Shown piece after piece: positions 23,008-32,502 of a stretch of 64,000 bases of DNA. Each line of letters starts with the position of its first letter. The first letter of the stretch is position 1. The stretch lies in assembly GCA_045588575.1 (NCBI GenBank), contig JAZNEJ010000018.1, positions 16,257-80,256 of the forward strand, in the 5' to 3' direction. This stretch comes from Eubacteriales bacterium (GTDB lineage: Bacteria > Bacillota > Clostridia > Oscillospirales > RGIG5299). A program made the position numbers and the translations under genes. Below the pieces are notes generated by a model. It was given only the letters and a program-made list of their open reading frames with translations. It ran no database searches and was not told the origin of the DNA.

Positions 23008-23038
23008 GCCGGTACTCGTTAAGAGTAGCGGCTTTTTT
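23008..23038 (+). terminator. Intrinsic terminator (probably bidirectional)
   Basis: GCCGGTACTC-gttaa-GAGTAGCGGC (one mismatch) followed by T6. An A-run precedes it. Confidence 0.6.
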
Positions 23039-23041
23039 ATT

Positions 23042-23821
23042 TTATTTTTTAAATTCAAAAAGTCTGTAAAGCTTTTTGGAAAATTTTCCGGCATAAAGCT
23101 TTGAGAAAATACTTTTTTCAAAGCCTTTTAATTGGTTTATATATTTTTCGGGCGTTATTTCGTGCTCTCTTACAAATGAAAAAGCTCCGTTTTCGAGCAA
23201 TTCGGGATTATCAATTCCGAAAACCTCGCTAACGCCAACGTCGTTTACGGGATTTTTATATTTAGACATTTTGGCAGCTAAAGAACTGTAACAGTCGGTT
23301 AAAAGGGAAAATTCGTCAAAATGCTCACACAACGCCTCTGTTAAAGCGTTAAGCTCGTAAAGGGTTAAATACATGCTAACCCCTTCCATAATTATAACGG
23401 CACTTTTCTGTTTGGGAATGCTTTTTAGCCATTCCGATTTTCGAATATCGCCGCCTATCATTTTATAACGCTCGTTTTCCTCGTAATAACGCTTTCTTTC
23501 TGATATGACTTCGGGAAAATCTACGTCATACCATTTTTTATATTCGTTTATTCTTAAAGCTCTGCTGTCCATTCCTGAGCCTAAATGAATAATAACAGAC
23601 TCTTCGTTTTCTTTAATTTTTTCTTTCGTCCAATCATCAAAAACGGCAGAACGAATGCCCATATAATAGGCAAGCCATTTAGATTTGGATTTTCCTTTCA
23701 GGTGAAAATCCTCGGAGTCCCAAATTTCCTCGGCTTTTTTATCATCAAGAAAAAGCGCTTTTCGGCTAACGTAGGCTTTGCCGTAAAGAGGAATGTAAAG
23801 CGTTTTATTAACACTGTTCAT
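23042..23821 (-). CDS. Class I SAM-dependent methyltransferase (LCM/TcmP-like O-methyltransferase family)
   Basis: 259 aa. The N-terminus LYIPLYGKAYVS and HLGSGMDSR are typical of this family. Confidence 0.7.
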   Translation of the reverse strand: MNSVNKTLYIPLYGKAYVSRKALFLDDKKAEEIWDSEDFHLKGKSKSKWLAYYMGIRSAVFDDWTKEKIKENEESVIIHLGSGMDSRALRINEYKKWYDVDFPEVISERKRYYEENERYKMIGGDIRKSEWLKSIPKQKSAVIIMEGVSMYLTLYELNALTEALCEHFDEFSLLTDCYSSLAAKMSKYKNPVNDVGVSEVFGIDNPELLENGAFSFVREHEITPEKYINQLKGFEKSIFSKLYAGKFSKKLYRLFEFKK

Positions 23822-23835
23822 ATTAACCTCCTTGG

Positions 23836-25182
23836 TTAAATTTTAGTTAACAACACAACGTTTTCAATGTGATATGTTCTGGGGAACATATCAACGGGCT
23901 GAATTTTTTTAATTTCATAGCCGTTTTCAACAAACTTTTTAACGTCGCGCGCCTGAGTTGTAGGGTCGCAGGCAATGTAAACTATTTTCTTCGGCGAAAA
24001 TTCGCAAACCGTTTTAACTGCAAGCTCGTCAAGCCCCTTTCTTGCGGGGTCAAGTGTTACAATATCGGGTTTAAATCCGCTTTCCTTGAGTTCCTTTGCG
24101 GCAATTCCGGCATCCTCACAAATAAAGGTGCAGTTTGAAAGAGAGTTTCTTTCAGCATTCTTTTCAGCATCAATAACCGCTTCTTTTACAATTTCAATTC
24201 CAACCGCTTTGCTTACTTTTCTTGCAAAAAACTGCGTTATAGTGCCCGTTCCACAGAAAATATCAAGTAAAATATCGTTTTTTTGAGGTTGCATAAGCTC
24301 AAGCGCAGTGGTGTAAAGCTTTTCAACTTGATATGGGTTAATTTGAAAAAACGAAAGGGGAGAAACCGAAAAAGAGAGGTCGCCGATTAAATCGGTAATA
24401 AAATCATCGCCCCAAAGGGTAATGCATTTTTCACCCATAATTTCGTTACCGGTTTTGTTATTAACGTTAAGAATAACGCTCTTCAAACCGTTTATTTTTG
24501 CTTTTAATTCCTCTATGAGTGAAGAAACGTTGGGTAGCTTTTCGCCGTTTGCAACGATTATAATCATAACCTCGTTGGTTTTTACGCCAACTCTGCCGCC
24601 AACGTGTCTTATAAGACCTTTTCCCGTAAGCTCATCGTAAACCGAAACGTTATTTTTTAAAATCCAATCCTTAAAAACGGGAATAACGGCATCAAAAGCG
24701 GAATCGTGAAGCATACAGCGCTCAATATCCACAATTGAGTGTGAGTGCTGACGGTAAAAGCCTATTTTAAGCTCGCCGTTTTTCTTTGAAACGGGAAACA
24801 TGGCTTTGTTTCGGTAGCCGACGGTTTTGGGTGAGGGAATAACGTTTGAAATTTCAAATTCGGTTTTTCCAATTCTCGAAAAAGCATCTTCAATAAAGCG
24901 TTTTTTATATTTAAGCTCCGTTTCGTAGGAAAAATCGGCAAAACAGCAGCCGCATTTACCGCCAAAGAGGCAAAAATGCTCTTCTCTTTCGGAAGACGGG
25001 GCGATAAGCCTTTCAATTTTTCCAAATGCGTAAGATTTAAAAACCTTTAAAATTCTTATCTCGCAAAGGTCGCCTTTAACGGTTCTCGGCACGAAAACAA
25101 CAATGCCGTCTGCCTTGCAAATTCCGCTTCCGCCGTATGAAATTGCTTCAATTTCGGCTGTTATAATATCATTCTTTTTCAT
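23836..25182 (-). CDS. rlmD: 23S rRNA (uracil-C5)-methyltransferase RlmD/RumA family
   Basis: 448 aa with an N-terminal TRAM domain, a Cys cluster (CxxxxxxCGCC) and the SAM motif DIFCGTGT. The catalytic region (PARKG) lies near the C-terminus. Confidence 0.85.
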   Translation of the reverse strand: MKKNDIITAEIEAISYGGSGICKADGIVVFVPRTVKGDLCEIRILKVFKSYAFGKIERLIAPSSEREEHFCLFGGKCGCCFADFSYETELKYKKRFIEDAFSRIGKTEFEISNVIPSPKTVGYRNKAMFPVSKKNGELKIGFYRQHSHSIVDIERCMLHDSAFDAVIPVFKDWILKNNVSVYDELTGKGLIRHVGGRVGVKTNEVMIIIVANGEKLPNVSSLIEELKAKINGLKSVILNVNNKTGNEIMGEKCITLWGDDFITDLIGDLSFSVSPLSFFQINPYQVEKLYTTALELMQPQKNDILLDIFCGTGTITQFFARKVSKAVGIEIVKEAVIDAEKNAERNSLSNCTFICEDAGIAAKELKESGFKPDIVTLDPARKGLDELAVKTVCEFSPKKIVYIACDPTTQARDVKKFVENGYEIKKIQPVDMFPRTYHIENVVLLTKI

Positions 25183-26365
25183 TTTCGCATTTTCCGCAAA
25201 TAATTCTTATAAATTCAACGTTGCTCATTGCAATATTTTCCAAACGCTCAAAATCAACTGCTTTTTCCGCTTTAATAACGTCCTCTAAAACGGGGTTTGT
25301 TTTAGGATGTCTGGGTGTGAAAACGGTGCAACAATCCTCGTAAGGAAGAATTGAGGTTTCAAAGGTGTCAATTTTTCTTGCAATATCAATTATTTCGTTT
25401 TTATCTAACCCTATTAACGGCTTGAAGATGGGAATTTCGGCTTCCGCTTCGGTGCAGCACATTGCCGCGAGCGTTTGCGAGGCAACCTGACCAAGACTTT
25501 CGCCTGAAATTAAGCAGGGAATGTGATAATTTATGGCAAGCTTAGATGCAATTCGCATCATTGAGCGGCGCAAAATAATTGTTGAAAGCTCTTCGGGGCA
25601 ATTATCTCTTATATGCTCTTGAATTTCGGTGAAGTTTATAATATTTAAATTGAATTTTTGCTCGTAAAGAGAGATTTTTTTGCAAAGGGTAATAACCTTT
25701 TCTTTTGCCATTTCGGAGGTGTAGGGATATGAAAAAAAGTGGATTCCGTCAACTGACATTCCGCGCTTGGCCATCATATAGCCTGCAACGGGAGAATCAA
25801 TTCCACCTGAAATTAAGAGAAGACCTCTTCCGTTTGAGCCGGTGGGCATTCCGCCTGCACCGACAAAACCGTTTGCTCTTATAAATGCCGATTGGTCGCG
25901 TATTTCGACGGTAACGGTAACGTCGGGATTATGCATATCCGCTTTTAAATGCGGGAAATTATCTAAAATAAAATCACCGAAATGAAGACAAAGCTGAGGA
26001 GAATTCATAAAAAACGCTTTGTCGGAGCGTTTGGCAACAACTTTGAAGGTTTTTGCATTTAATAAATCTTCGCCTATTGCCTCGGGAATGGCATCTTCAA
26101 TAGCCTTAATATCTTTTTCGACCTCGTAAGCAAAGCTGAAATTTATAATGCCGAATACCTTTGAAACGGCGTTTTTAACCGCATCCATATCTGCATCTTG
26201 ATTTTTTAAATGCAAAACGGCGGTTGATTGAGCGGTGTAATAATCAAAACCGCCAAAGGGTGCGAGAGCCGATTTAAGAGAACGTATTAAAAGTATTTCA
26301 AAACGGTGCTTATTAAGCCCTTTTAACGTCATTTCACCGTATTTAAGCAAAACACACTTTTTCAT
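25169..26365 (-). CDS. thiI: tRNA 4-thiouridine(8) synthase ThiI
   Basis: The track ORF extends to 26407. I prefer the ATG at 26365 (MKKCVLLKYGEMTLKG), which has AGGAG upstream. THUMP domain plus PP-loop LISGGIDSPVA. Confidence 0.92.
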   Translation of the reverse strand: MKKCVLLKYGEMTLKGLNKHRFEILLIRSLKSALAPFGGFDYYTAQSTAVLHLKNQDADMDAVKNAVSKVFGIINFSFAYEVEKDIKAIEDAIPEAIGEDLLNAKTFKVVAKRSDKAFFMNSPQLCLHFGDFILDNFPHLKADMHNPDVTVTVEIRDQSAFIRANGFVGAGGMPTGSNGRGLLLISGGIDSPVAGYMMAKRGMSVDGIHFFSYPYTSEMAKEKVITLCKKISLYEQKFNLNIINFTEIQEHIRDNCPEELSTIILRRSMMRIASKLAINYHIPCLISGESLGQVASQTLAAMCCTEAEAEIPIFKPLIGLDKNEIIDIARKIDTFETSILPYEDCCTVFTPRHPKTNPVLEDVIKAEKAVDFERLENIAMSNVEFIRIICGKCENEKE

Positions 26366-26376
26366 TTTAAACTCCT

Positions 26377-27507
26377 TTAAACCTTGAAATAAACTATTGC
26401 TTCGCAAATTGCGTTATAAAGCGCTTCAACTTCTTCAACGGTGTTTTGAACGCCGAAGCTTATGCGAAACGCCGATTTTTGCCTATCGGGAGAAAGCTTC
26501 ATTGCCGCCAAAACCGAGGAAGCCAAGCTTTTGTTTGAAGAACATGCCGAGCCGGGAGAAACAAAAATATCTCTATCTTGCAAAAATCTAACCATAACCT
26601 CGGAGGGAATCTTCGGAACCGAAAGATTTAAAACCGCATGCGATGAATTCTCGGTGCTGTTAATGAAAACCTTGGGATTATTTGAAAAAAGCTCAACGCC
26701 TTTTTTAAAAAGCAAATCGTAATGAGATTTATATTCGTTAAAGTTTTCGATAAGAAGGGAGGCTGCCGCTGAAAGCGACATAATGGCGGGCACGTTTTCG
26801 GTGCCGTTTCTTATTCCTTTTTCTTGGCCGCCGCCGAAAACAATGGGAGAAAGGCGCAAACTGCTTGATGCATATAAAACACCAACGCCCTTTGAAGCTC
26901 TTATTTTGTGGCCGCTTACGGTTATGAGGTCAACCTCTTTTTTTGAGGGAAGCGGCACTTTACCGAAAGCCGCAACACAGTCGGAATGAATAATTGCGTT
27001 GGCTTTTGCCTGCTTTACCGCTTTTCTTATTGCCCAAACGTCGTTTATGGCGCCCGTTTCGTTGTTTGCAAGCATAAGAGAAACAAAAACGGTGTTGGAA
27101 TTTATTTTAGAAAAAATTTCTTCTTCGGTTATTCTGCCTTCTTTATTGGGTTCAAAATAAACGACCTCGAATTTATCGGTAAGCTCTTTAAAAGGCGCCG
27201 AAACCGATGAATGCTCGGTGCGAGAAAGGCAAATTCTTCCGCCGCTTCTGATAAGCTTTTTTAAAACGCCTAAAATTGCAATATTATTGGCTTCTGTACC
27301 GCCTGAGGTAAAATAAACCTCATCGGCAGAAAAGCCTTCTGCAAAAAGAGCAATCTTTTTTCTTGCATTTAAAAGCTCGGATTTTACGCTTTGACCAAAA
27401 CGGTGTATTGATGAGGGGTTTGCATATTCTGTTTTCATAGCGTTAACCGCCGCGTTAATTGCCTCGTTACAAACGGGGGTTGTTGCACCGTTATCGAAAT
27501 ATATCAT
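26377..27507 (-). CDS. Cysteine desulfurase (NifS/IscS class V aminotransferase)
   Basis: 376 aa with PLP-lysine motif SGHKI and active-site loop SPGSACSS. Immediately upstream of thiI. Confidence 0.9.
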   Translation of the reverse strand: MIYFDNGATTPVCNEAINAAVNAMKTEYANPSSIHRFGQSVKSELLNARKKIALFAEGFSADEVYFTSGGTEANNIAILGVLKKLIRSGGRICLSRTEHSSVSAPFKELTDKFEVVYFEPNKEGRITEEEIFSKINSNTVFVSLMLANNETGAINDVWAIRKAVKQAKANAIIHSDCVAAFGKVPLPSKKEVDLITVSGHKIRASKGVGVLYASSSLRLSPIVFGGGQEKGIRNGTENVPAIMSLSAAASLLIENFNEYKSHYDLLFKKGVELFSNNPKVFINSTENSSHAVLNLSVPKIPSEVMVRFLQDRDIFVSPGSACSSNKSLASSVLAAMKLSPDRQKSAFRISFGVQNTVEEVEALYNAICEAIVYFKV

Positions 27508-27589
27508 AATGCCAGTCTTCTTTCTAAAATACTAAATAATATTCTATCATATTTTGAATAAAAAAACAACCGAGTAATTATCTGTTAAT

Positions 27590-27620
27590 AAAAAAACGAC
27601 AATCTTTTTCAGAGTGTCGT
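27590..27620 (-). terminator. Intrinsic terminator candidate
   Basis: ACGACA-13 nt-TGTCGT followed by a U-run on the minus strand, downstream of the 27630 stop. Confidence 0.4.
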
Positions 27621-27629
27621 TTTAATTTT

Positions 27630-28952
27630 TTATTCTTCCAAAACAGGCTCGGATTCGACCTTTGTGTATTGCAAAATGTTCTTTGAATATTCGCGCTGGA
27701 AACGGCAAAGGGAAACATTTCCTTCGGCATCGGTTAAATTAAAATAAACGTAGCCGCCCACAATGCTGAAGCTTTCGGCATCTCCATCGCAAATTTTTAT
27801 TTTTTCCGAAAGATTGTCTTTTTTGCAGGCATAGGCGGTCCCGTCGTTAAAGGAACAAATAATATAATCGCCGTCTATAATAAAATCGGAAACGTTTTCA
27901 AGAATGAGCTCGGGGAAGGGCTCTTGAATGTTTGCGGAATAAAGATGGCCGTCCTCTTCCGAAATGAAGTAGATTTTTCCTTCTTCATTTCCAATGTTAA
28001 ACTTGGTAACGGCTTTATTTATTACGGTAGAGGTACCGTCGCCTTCAACGGAAACCGAGCAAATAAAGTTATCGCCGTTGCGCTCATTTATGTAGTAAAT
28101 AATATCGTCCCAAATTATAAACTGATAGGGAATATGGCTGTTAATTCTTTCGGGATTTGTATCTTCATCATAATCCAAGGGGAGTCTGTGGAGATAGCCT
28201 ATATCAACTGCTGAGGTTGCATTTGAATAATAAAGGTAGCCATCGTAAACCATCATATATCTGGCGTAAATGTCTTTTCCGGTGTTGTTGTTCTTTAAAG
28301 CCTGACGGTCTGCACCGTTAGTTCTTACCTTGTAAACAGTGTAGTCGGAAATATAATAAACCCAATCTCCGACAACGTTTATGTGCGAACAGTTTTCTTG
28401 AGAAAGCACTATGGAGAAGCTTTTATCGGTGCGTTCTCTTACTATTTGTTTATCGTGGTTAAGATAATAAAAATAATCGTTTGCAGCCGCGGCAATACCG
28501 CCACCCATTAGATTTTTGCCCCAATTTCCTTTAACCTTATCATCACTTCCGGAGAAGGGATTATATTCAACGCTGATTTCGTAAACACGCTCCGAGCCGT
28601 TTGGCGAAATTGTTTTTATTAAAACAACGTTGTTGCCTTTTGTGAAATTTTCGTTATAAAGTATTTTAACCGTAACGTTCTGACCGTCGGGAATTGCGGA
28701 GATTTCAAGATGGTCTATTTTATCGAGAACGGTAACGGTGTAAGACAAAACGGATTTGTCAAACTGAGGCATTAACGTATAATTGCCAACCGTGAGGTTT
28801 TTCAAGAAGTTATTTGTGTCTTCTTGTCTTTTTGAAGTAATATCGGCGTTTATAAAAACAGCGGCGATAATTAAGCCGATGATTAGAACGGGCGCAACAA
28901 TAAACGATATGAGGGTTGTAATAGGGAGTTTTGATTTGATGTTTAATTTCAT
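27630..28952 (-). CDS. Membrane-anchored DUF5050 / beta-propeller-like protein with cadherin-like beta-sandwich domain
   Basis: 440 aa with an N-terminal TM. LMPQFDKSVLSYTVTV matches the cadherin-like beta-sandwich domain. Repeated YY..N/D blades resemble DUF5050. Confidence 0.55.
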   Translation of the reverse strand: MKLNIKSKLPITTLISFIVAPVLIIGLIIAAVFINADITSKRQEDTNNFLKNLTVGNYTLMPQFDKSVLSYTVTVLDKIDHLEISAIPDGQNVTVKILYNENFTKGNNVVLIKTISPNGSERVYEISVEYNPFSGSDDKVKGNWGKNLMGGGIAAAANDYFYYLNHDKQIVRERTDKSFSIVLSQENCSHINVVGDWVYYISDYTVYKVRTNGADRQALKNNNTGKDIYARYMMVYDGYLYYSNATSAVDIGYLHRLPLDYDEDTNPERINSHIPYQFIIWDDIIYYINERNGDNFICSVSVEGDGTSTVINKAVTKFNIGNEEGKIYFISEEDGHLYSANIQEPFPELILENVSDFIIDGDYIICSFNDGTAYACKKDNLSEKIKICDGDAESFSIVGGYVYFNLTDAEGNVSLCRFQREYSKNILQYTKVESEPVLEE

Positions 28953-29117
28953 ATAAAGTCCTCCGCAAAAAGACTAATTATATTATACATTATAAAAGAG
29001 TTATAGTCAATAAAAACAAAAGTAACAAAAAAATGAATTTTTCATAAAATAACAGTAGACAAATAACTGAAAAGTGTGATAAAATGTAACAAGAAAAACA
29101 AAAAACTACTATTTTTT

Positions 29118-29275
29118 AAAAAGAGGTGACGAAAATGGACGCAGGCAACGGCGGCACTATACCCCGAAGTAGACGCATAAATATATCTGAAAATGGCTGT
29201 GTTCTGTTTTCGTAACACGATATATTTGTGCGTGTAGTCAGGCGCAAGGTGCCATGCCAATTCTTACCCGAATAA
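29118..29275 (+). promoter_or_regulatory. M-box (ykoK-type Mg2+) riboswitch candidate in mgtE leader
   Basis: The blocks AGAGGUGACG, GGACGC, AGUAGACGC and CAAGGUGCCAUGCC occur in the same order as the B. subtilis M-box blocks AGGUGAGG, UACGC, AAGACGC and UAAGGUG...AUGCCA, directly upstream of mgtE. ORF 29042..29260(-) overlaps it and is judged spurious. Confidence 0.55.
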
Positions 29276-29309
29276 AAATTTTACCGCAAAAAAAGGGAGG
29301 AAAACAGGT

Positions 29310-30659
29310 ATGGAAAATACTATGACAAAAATCAAAGAGCTTTTAACAGAGAAAAGCTTTGGAAAAATTAAAACCATATTGGTAGAAATGAATCCTGCCG
29401 ATATTTCGCAGCTTTTTAACGAAATAGAAGAAAGCGAATGCCTTTTGCTTTTCAGACTTTTACCTAAAGAGCTTGCGGCGGAAAGCTTCGTTTATTTCGA
29501 CAGCGACATTCAAGAACAACTTATAAACAATTTTTCCGATAAAAATTTAAGAGAAATATTCTTCGACGAGCTGTTTTTGGACGATACCGTTGATATCATC
29601 GAAGAAATGCCCGCAAACGTAGCGGCGAGAATTCTCAATAACTGCACCAATGCAGAAATAAGAAAAACAATTAACGAGCTTTTGAAATATCCCGAAGACT
29701 CTGCGGGAAGTATAATGACCGTTGAGTACGTCCGTCTTAAAAAGAGTATGACGGTAAGGGATGCTTTTGAAAGAATTCGTAAAACGGGTGTTGACAAAGA
29801 AACTATTTACACCTGTTACGTAACAGACGATAACCGCCATCTCGAAGGCATAGTTTCGGTTAAAACTCTTTTGCTTGCAAAACAAGACGATATTATTGAA
29901 GATATAATGGAAACGAACATTAAGTTTGTTTACACTTCGGAAGATAAAGAGCACGTTGGTAATCAGTTTAATAAATACGACTTTTTGGCTTTGCCGGTTG
30001 TAGATAACGAAAAACGCTTGCTCGGTATAGTAACGGTTGACGATGCTATTGACGTCATTCAGGAAGAGGCAAACGAAGACTTTGCAAAAATGGCAGCTAT
30101 AACGCCTTCCGAAACCTCTTATTTTAAAGAGTCTATTTTTAAGCACGCTAAAAACAGAATTCCTTGGCTGCTTGTTTTTATGCTTTCTTCAATATTTACA
30201 GGTGTAATTCTTTCGTGGTATGAAGAAGCCTTTGAAGCGTTACCTATTTTAATATCGTTCTTACCTATGCTTATGAACACGGGCGGTAACTGCGGTGCAC
30301 AAAGCTCTTCAACTATGATTCGCGGTCTTGCAATTGATGAAATTAAGCTTAAAGATTTCTTCAGAGCGCTTTTAAAAGAACTCGGAATAGGTCTTGTTGT
30401 AAGTGTGATTTTGGTTGCGGTAAGCACCTTGAGGATTTTAATTTTCGACCCTGCCGAGCTTGAAATTGCGCTGATTCTTGCGATTTCGCTTGCTTTTGTT
30501 GTTATTTTTGCAAAAGCTCTTGGATGTTGCTTGCCAATGCTTGCAAAAAAGATTAATGTTGACCCTGCAATTATGGCTTCGCCCTTAATAACAACAATAG
30601 TTGACTGTTGTGCAGTTTTGGTTTATTTTAACGTAGCGATTTTAATTTTAGGATTATAA
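29310..30659 (+). CDS. mgtE: Magnesium transporter MgtE
   Basis: 449 aa with an N-domain, tandem CBS domains and five C-terminal TMs with the motif MNTGGNCGAQSS. Confidence 0.95.
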   Translation: MENTMTKIKELLTEKSFGKIKTILVEMNPADISQLFNEIEESECLLLFRLLPKELAAESFVYFDSDIQEQLINNFSDKNLREIFFDELFLDDTVDIIEEMPANVAARILNNCTNAEIRKTINELLKYPEDSAGSIMTVEYVRLKKSMTVRDAFERIRKTGVDKETIYTCYVTDDNRHLEGIVSVKTLLLAKQDDIIEDIMETNIKFVYTSEDKEHVGNQFNKYDFLALPVVDNEKRLLGIVTVDDAIDVIQEEANEDFAKMAAITPSETSYFKESIFKHAKNRIPWLLVFMLSSIFTGVILSWYEEAFEALPILISFLPMLMNTGGNCGAQSSSTMIRGLAIDEIKLKDFFRALLKELGIGLVVSVILVAVSTLRILIFDPAELEIALILAISLAFVVIFAKALGCCLPMLAKKINVDPAIMASPLITTIVDCCAVLVYFNVAILILGL

Positions 30660-30662
30660 AAA

Positions 30663-30697
30663 GAATCCGCATATTTTATTATGCGGATTCTTTTTTT
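30663..30697 (+). terminator. Intrinsic terminator of mgtE
   Basis: GAATCCGCAT-attttatt-ATGCGGATTC followed by T7. Confidence 0.8.
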
Positions 30698-30733
30698 GAA
30701 AAGAAAAGAGCAAAAACGTTTTGTTTTTGCTCT
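30698..30733 (-). terminator. Intrinsic terminator of hydrogenase operon
   Basis: AGAGCAAAAAC-gtttt-GTTTTTGCTCT. On the minus strand it is followed by a U-rich tract, 10 nt after the hydA stop. Confidence 0.7.
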
Positions 30734-30742
30734 TTTTCATTT

Positions 30743-32488
30743 TTAATATTTTTCTCTTGCAGTATAGCCGGTGTGAAGGATTTCGTGTGCTTTATGGCTT
30801 CCGGGTTTTTCGAAATATTCCTCATAAATTTTCTTTATATCGGGATTTTCGTGAGACTTTCTAACGGGAAGCTGAGCATCGTCTTTATAAAGACCTTCAG
30901 CACGTTTTGCGCGAATATCGGTGAAGTTGCGAACAACAGCGGGAACGATGGGCTGACCGCCGCCGTTTACACAACCGCCGGGACAAGCCATGATTTCAAT
31001 GAAATCATACTGCTTTTCGCCACTCTTAACCATGTTAAGAAGTGCTTTTGCATTTGCAAGGCCGGAAGCAACTGCAACGCGAACCTTAGTGCCGTTTAAG
31101 TCATAGGTTGCTTCTTTAATGCCTTCAACGCCTCTAACATCGTTGAATTCAATATTTTCGAGGGGCTTTCCGGTTACGATTTCGGCAACGGTACGGAGAG
31201 CAGCCTCCATAACACCGCCGGTTGCACCGAAGATTGTGCCTGCGCCCGAGCCTAAGCCGAAGGGAGCATCGTATTCGCCGTCGGGAAGAGCGTTGAAGTC
31301 AATACCTGCTTTGCGAATCATTCTTGCAAGCTCTCTTACGGTGAGTGCAACGTCAATATCGGGGATATCTTTAACTGCGCTGTGCTCAGTTCTGGTAGCC
31401 TCGAATTTCTTGGCAGTACAGGGCATAATGCTTACTACGAAGATATCTTTGGGGTCAATTCCCATTTTTTCTGCATAGTAGGTTTTTGCAACTGCGCCGA
31501 ACATACCCTGAGGAGATTTGCAAGAAGAAATGTTGGGAATAAGTTCGGGAAAGTTGTGCTCTGCATATTTAACCCAACCGGGTGAGCAAGAGGTTATGAG
31601 AGGTAAGTTCTTGCCGGACTTAAATCTTTCGAGGAATTCGGTTCCTTCTTCCATAATGGTAAGGTCGGCAGTAAAGTTGGTGTCGAAAACTTTATCAAAG
31701 CCGAGCATACGGAGAGAGGAAACGAGCTTGCCGGTAACGATAGAGCCCATGGGATAACCGAACTCTTCACCAAGACCGATTCTTACTGAGGGAGCAGTTT
31801 GAACGATAACATGTTTAGCGGGGTCGTTAATTGCGGCGAATACCTTATCGGTATCGTCTCTTTCTCTTAATGCGCCGGTGGGGCAAACGGTGATACACTG
31901 TCCGCAGTTTACGCAAGCAACGTCATCGAGGTCTGCTTCGAAAGCACAACCGATATGAGTTGCAAAGCCTCTTTCGTTTGCGCCGATAACAGAAACTGCC
32001 TGAACCTTTCCGCAAGCTGCAATACAACGACGGCAGAGAATACATTTTCCGTTATCGCGAATCATGTGTACTGAAGTTGTATCTATTGTGGTGTCGGACA
32101 TTTCGCCGTCGAACTTGTGCTCGTCTTCAATTCCGTAATCGGTGCAAAGTTTCTGGAACTCGCAGTTTCCGGAACGAACGCAAGAAAGACATTTTTTGGT
32201 ATGAGTAGAAAGAAGAAGCTCAAGAGTGGTTTTTCTTGATTCTATAACTGCGGGGCTGTTTGTAACAACCTCCATCCCCTCATTAACGGGATAAACACAG
32301 GCAGCAACAAGGCTTCTTGCGCCTTTAACTTCAACAACACAAATACGACAAGCGCCGATTTCATTTATGTCTTTCAAATAGCAAAGAGTGGGAATATCAA
32401 TACCTACGTATTTTGCTGCTTGAAGAATAGTGCTGTTTTTCGGGACGGAATAATCCTTGCCGTTGATTTTAATATTTACCATATCCAT
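30743..32488 (-). CDS. hydA: [FeFe]-hydrogenase catalytic subunit (HydA, trimeric bifurcating/HndD type)
   Basis: 581 aa with an N-terminal 2Fe-2S ferredoxin fold, His-ligated and 2x[4Fe-4S] motifs, and the H-cluster motifs TSCSPGW, MPCTAKKFE and EIMACPGGCVNGGGQP. Confidence 0.95.
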   Translation of the reverse strand: MDMVNIKINGKDYSVPKNSTILQAAKYVGIDIPTLCYLKDINEIGACRICVVEVKGARSLVAACVYPVNEGMEVVTNSPAVIESRKTTLELLLSTHTKKCLSCVRSGNCEFQKLCTDYGIEDEHKFDGEMSDTTIDTTSVHMIRDNGKCILCRRCIAACGKVQAVSVIGANERGFATHIGCAFEADLDDVACVNCGQCITVCPTGALRERDDTDKVFAAINDPAKHVIVQTAPSVRIGLGEEFGYPMGSIVTGKLVSSLRMLGFDKVFDTNFTADLTIMEEGTEFLERFKSGKNLPLITSCSPGWVKYAEHNFPELIPNISSCKSPQGMFGAVAKTYYAEKMGIDPKDIFVVSIMPCTAKKFEATRTEHSAVKDIPDIDVALTVRELARMIRKAGIDFNALPDGEYDAPFGLGSGAGTIFGATGGVMEAALRTVAEIVTGKPLENIEFNDVRGVEGIKEATYDLNGTKVRVAVASGLANAKALLNMVKSGEKQYDFIEIMACPGGCVNGGGQPIVPAVVRNFTDIRAKRAEGLYKDDAQLPVRKSHENPDIKKIYEEYFEKPGSHKAHEILHTGYTAREKY

Positions 32489-32502
32489 TGTTTTATTCCT
32501 CC

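Noticed and set aside
25169-27507. Two cysteine-desulfurase modules (desulfurase-thiI at 25169-27507; nifS-nifU-mnmA at 50984-53641) as a possible unusual duplication.
   Set aside because: Dedicated desulfurase partners for s4U and s2U tRNA thiolation and Fe-S assembly are a well-known arrangement in Firmicutes. Nothing here is atypical.
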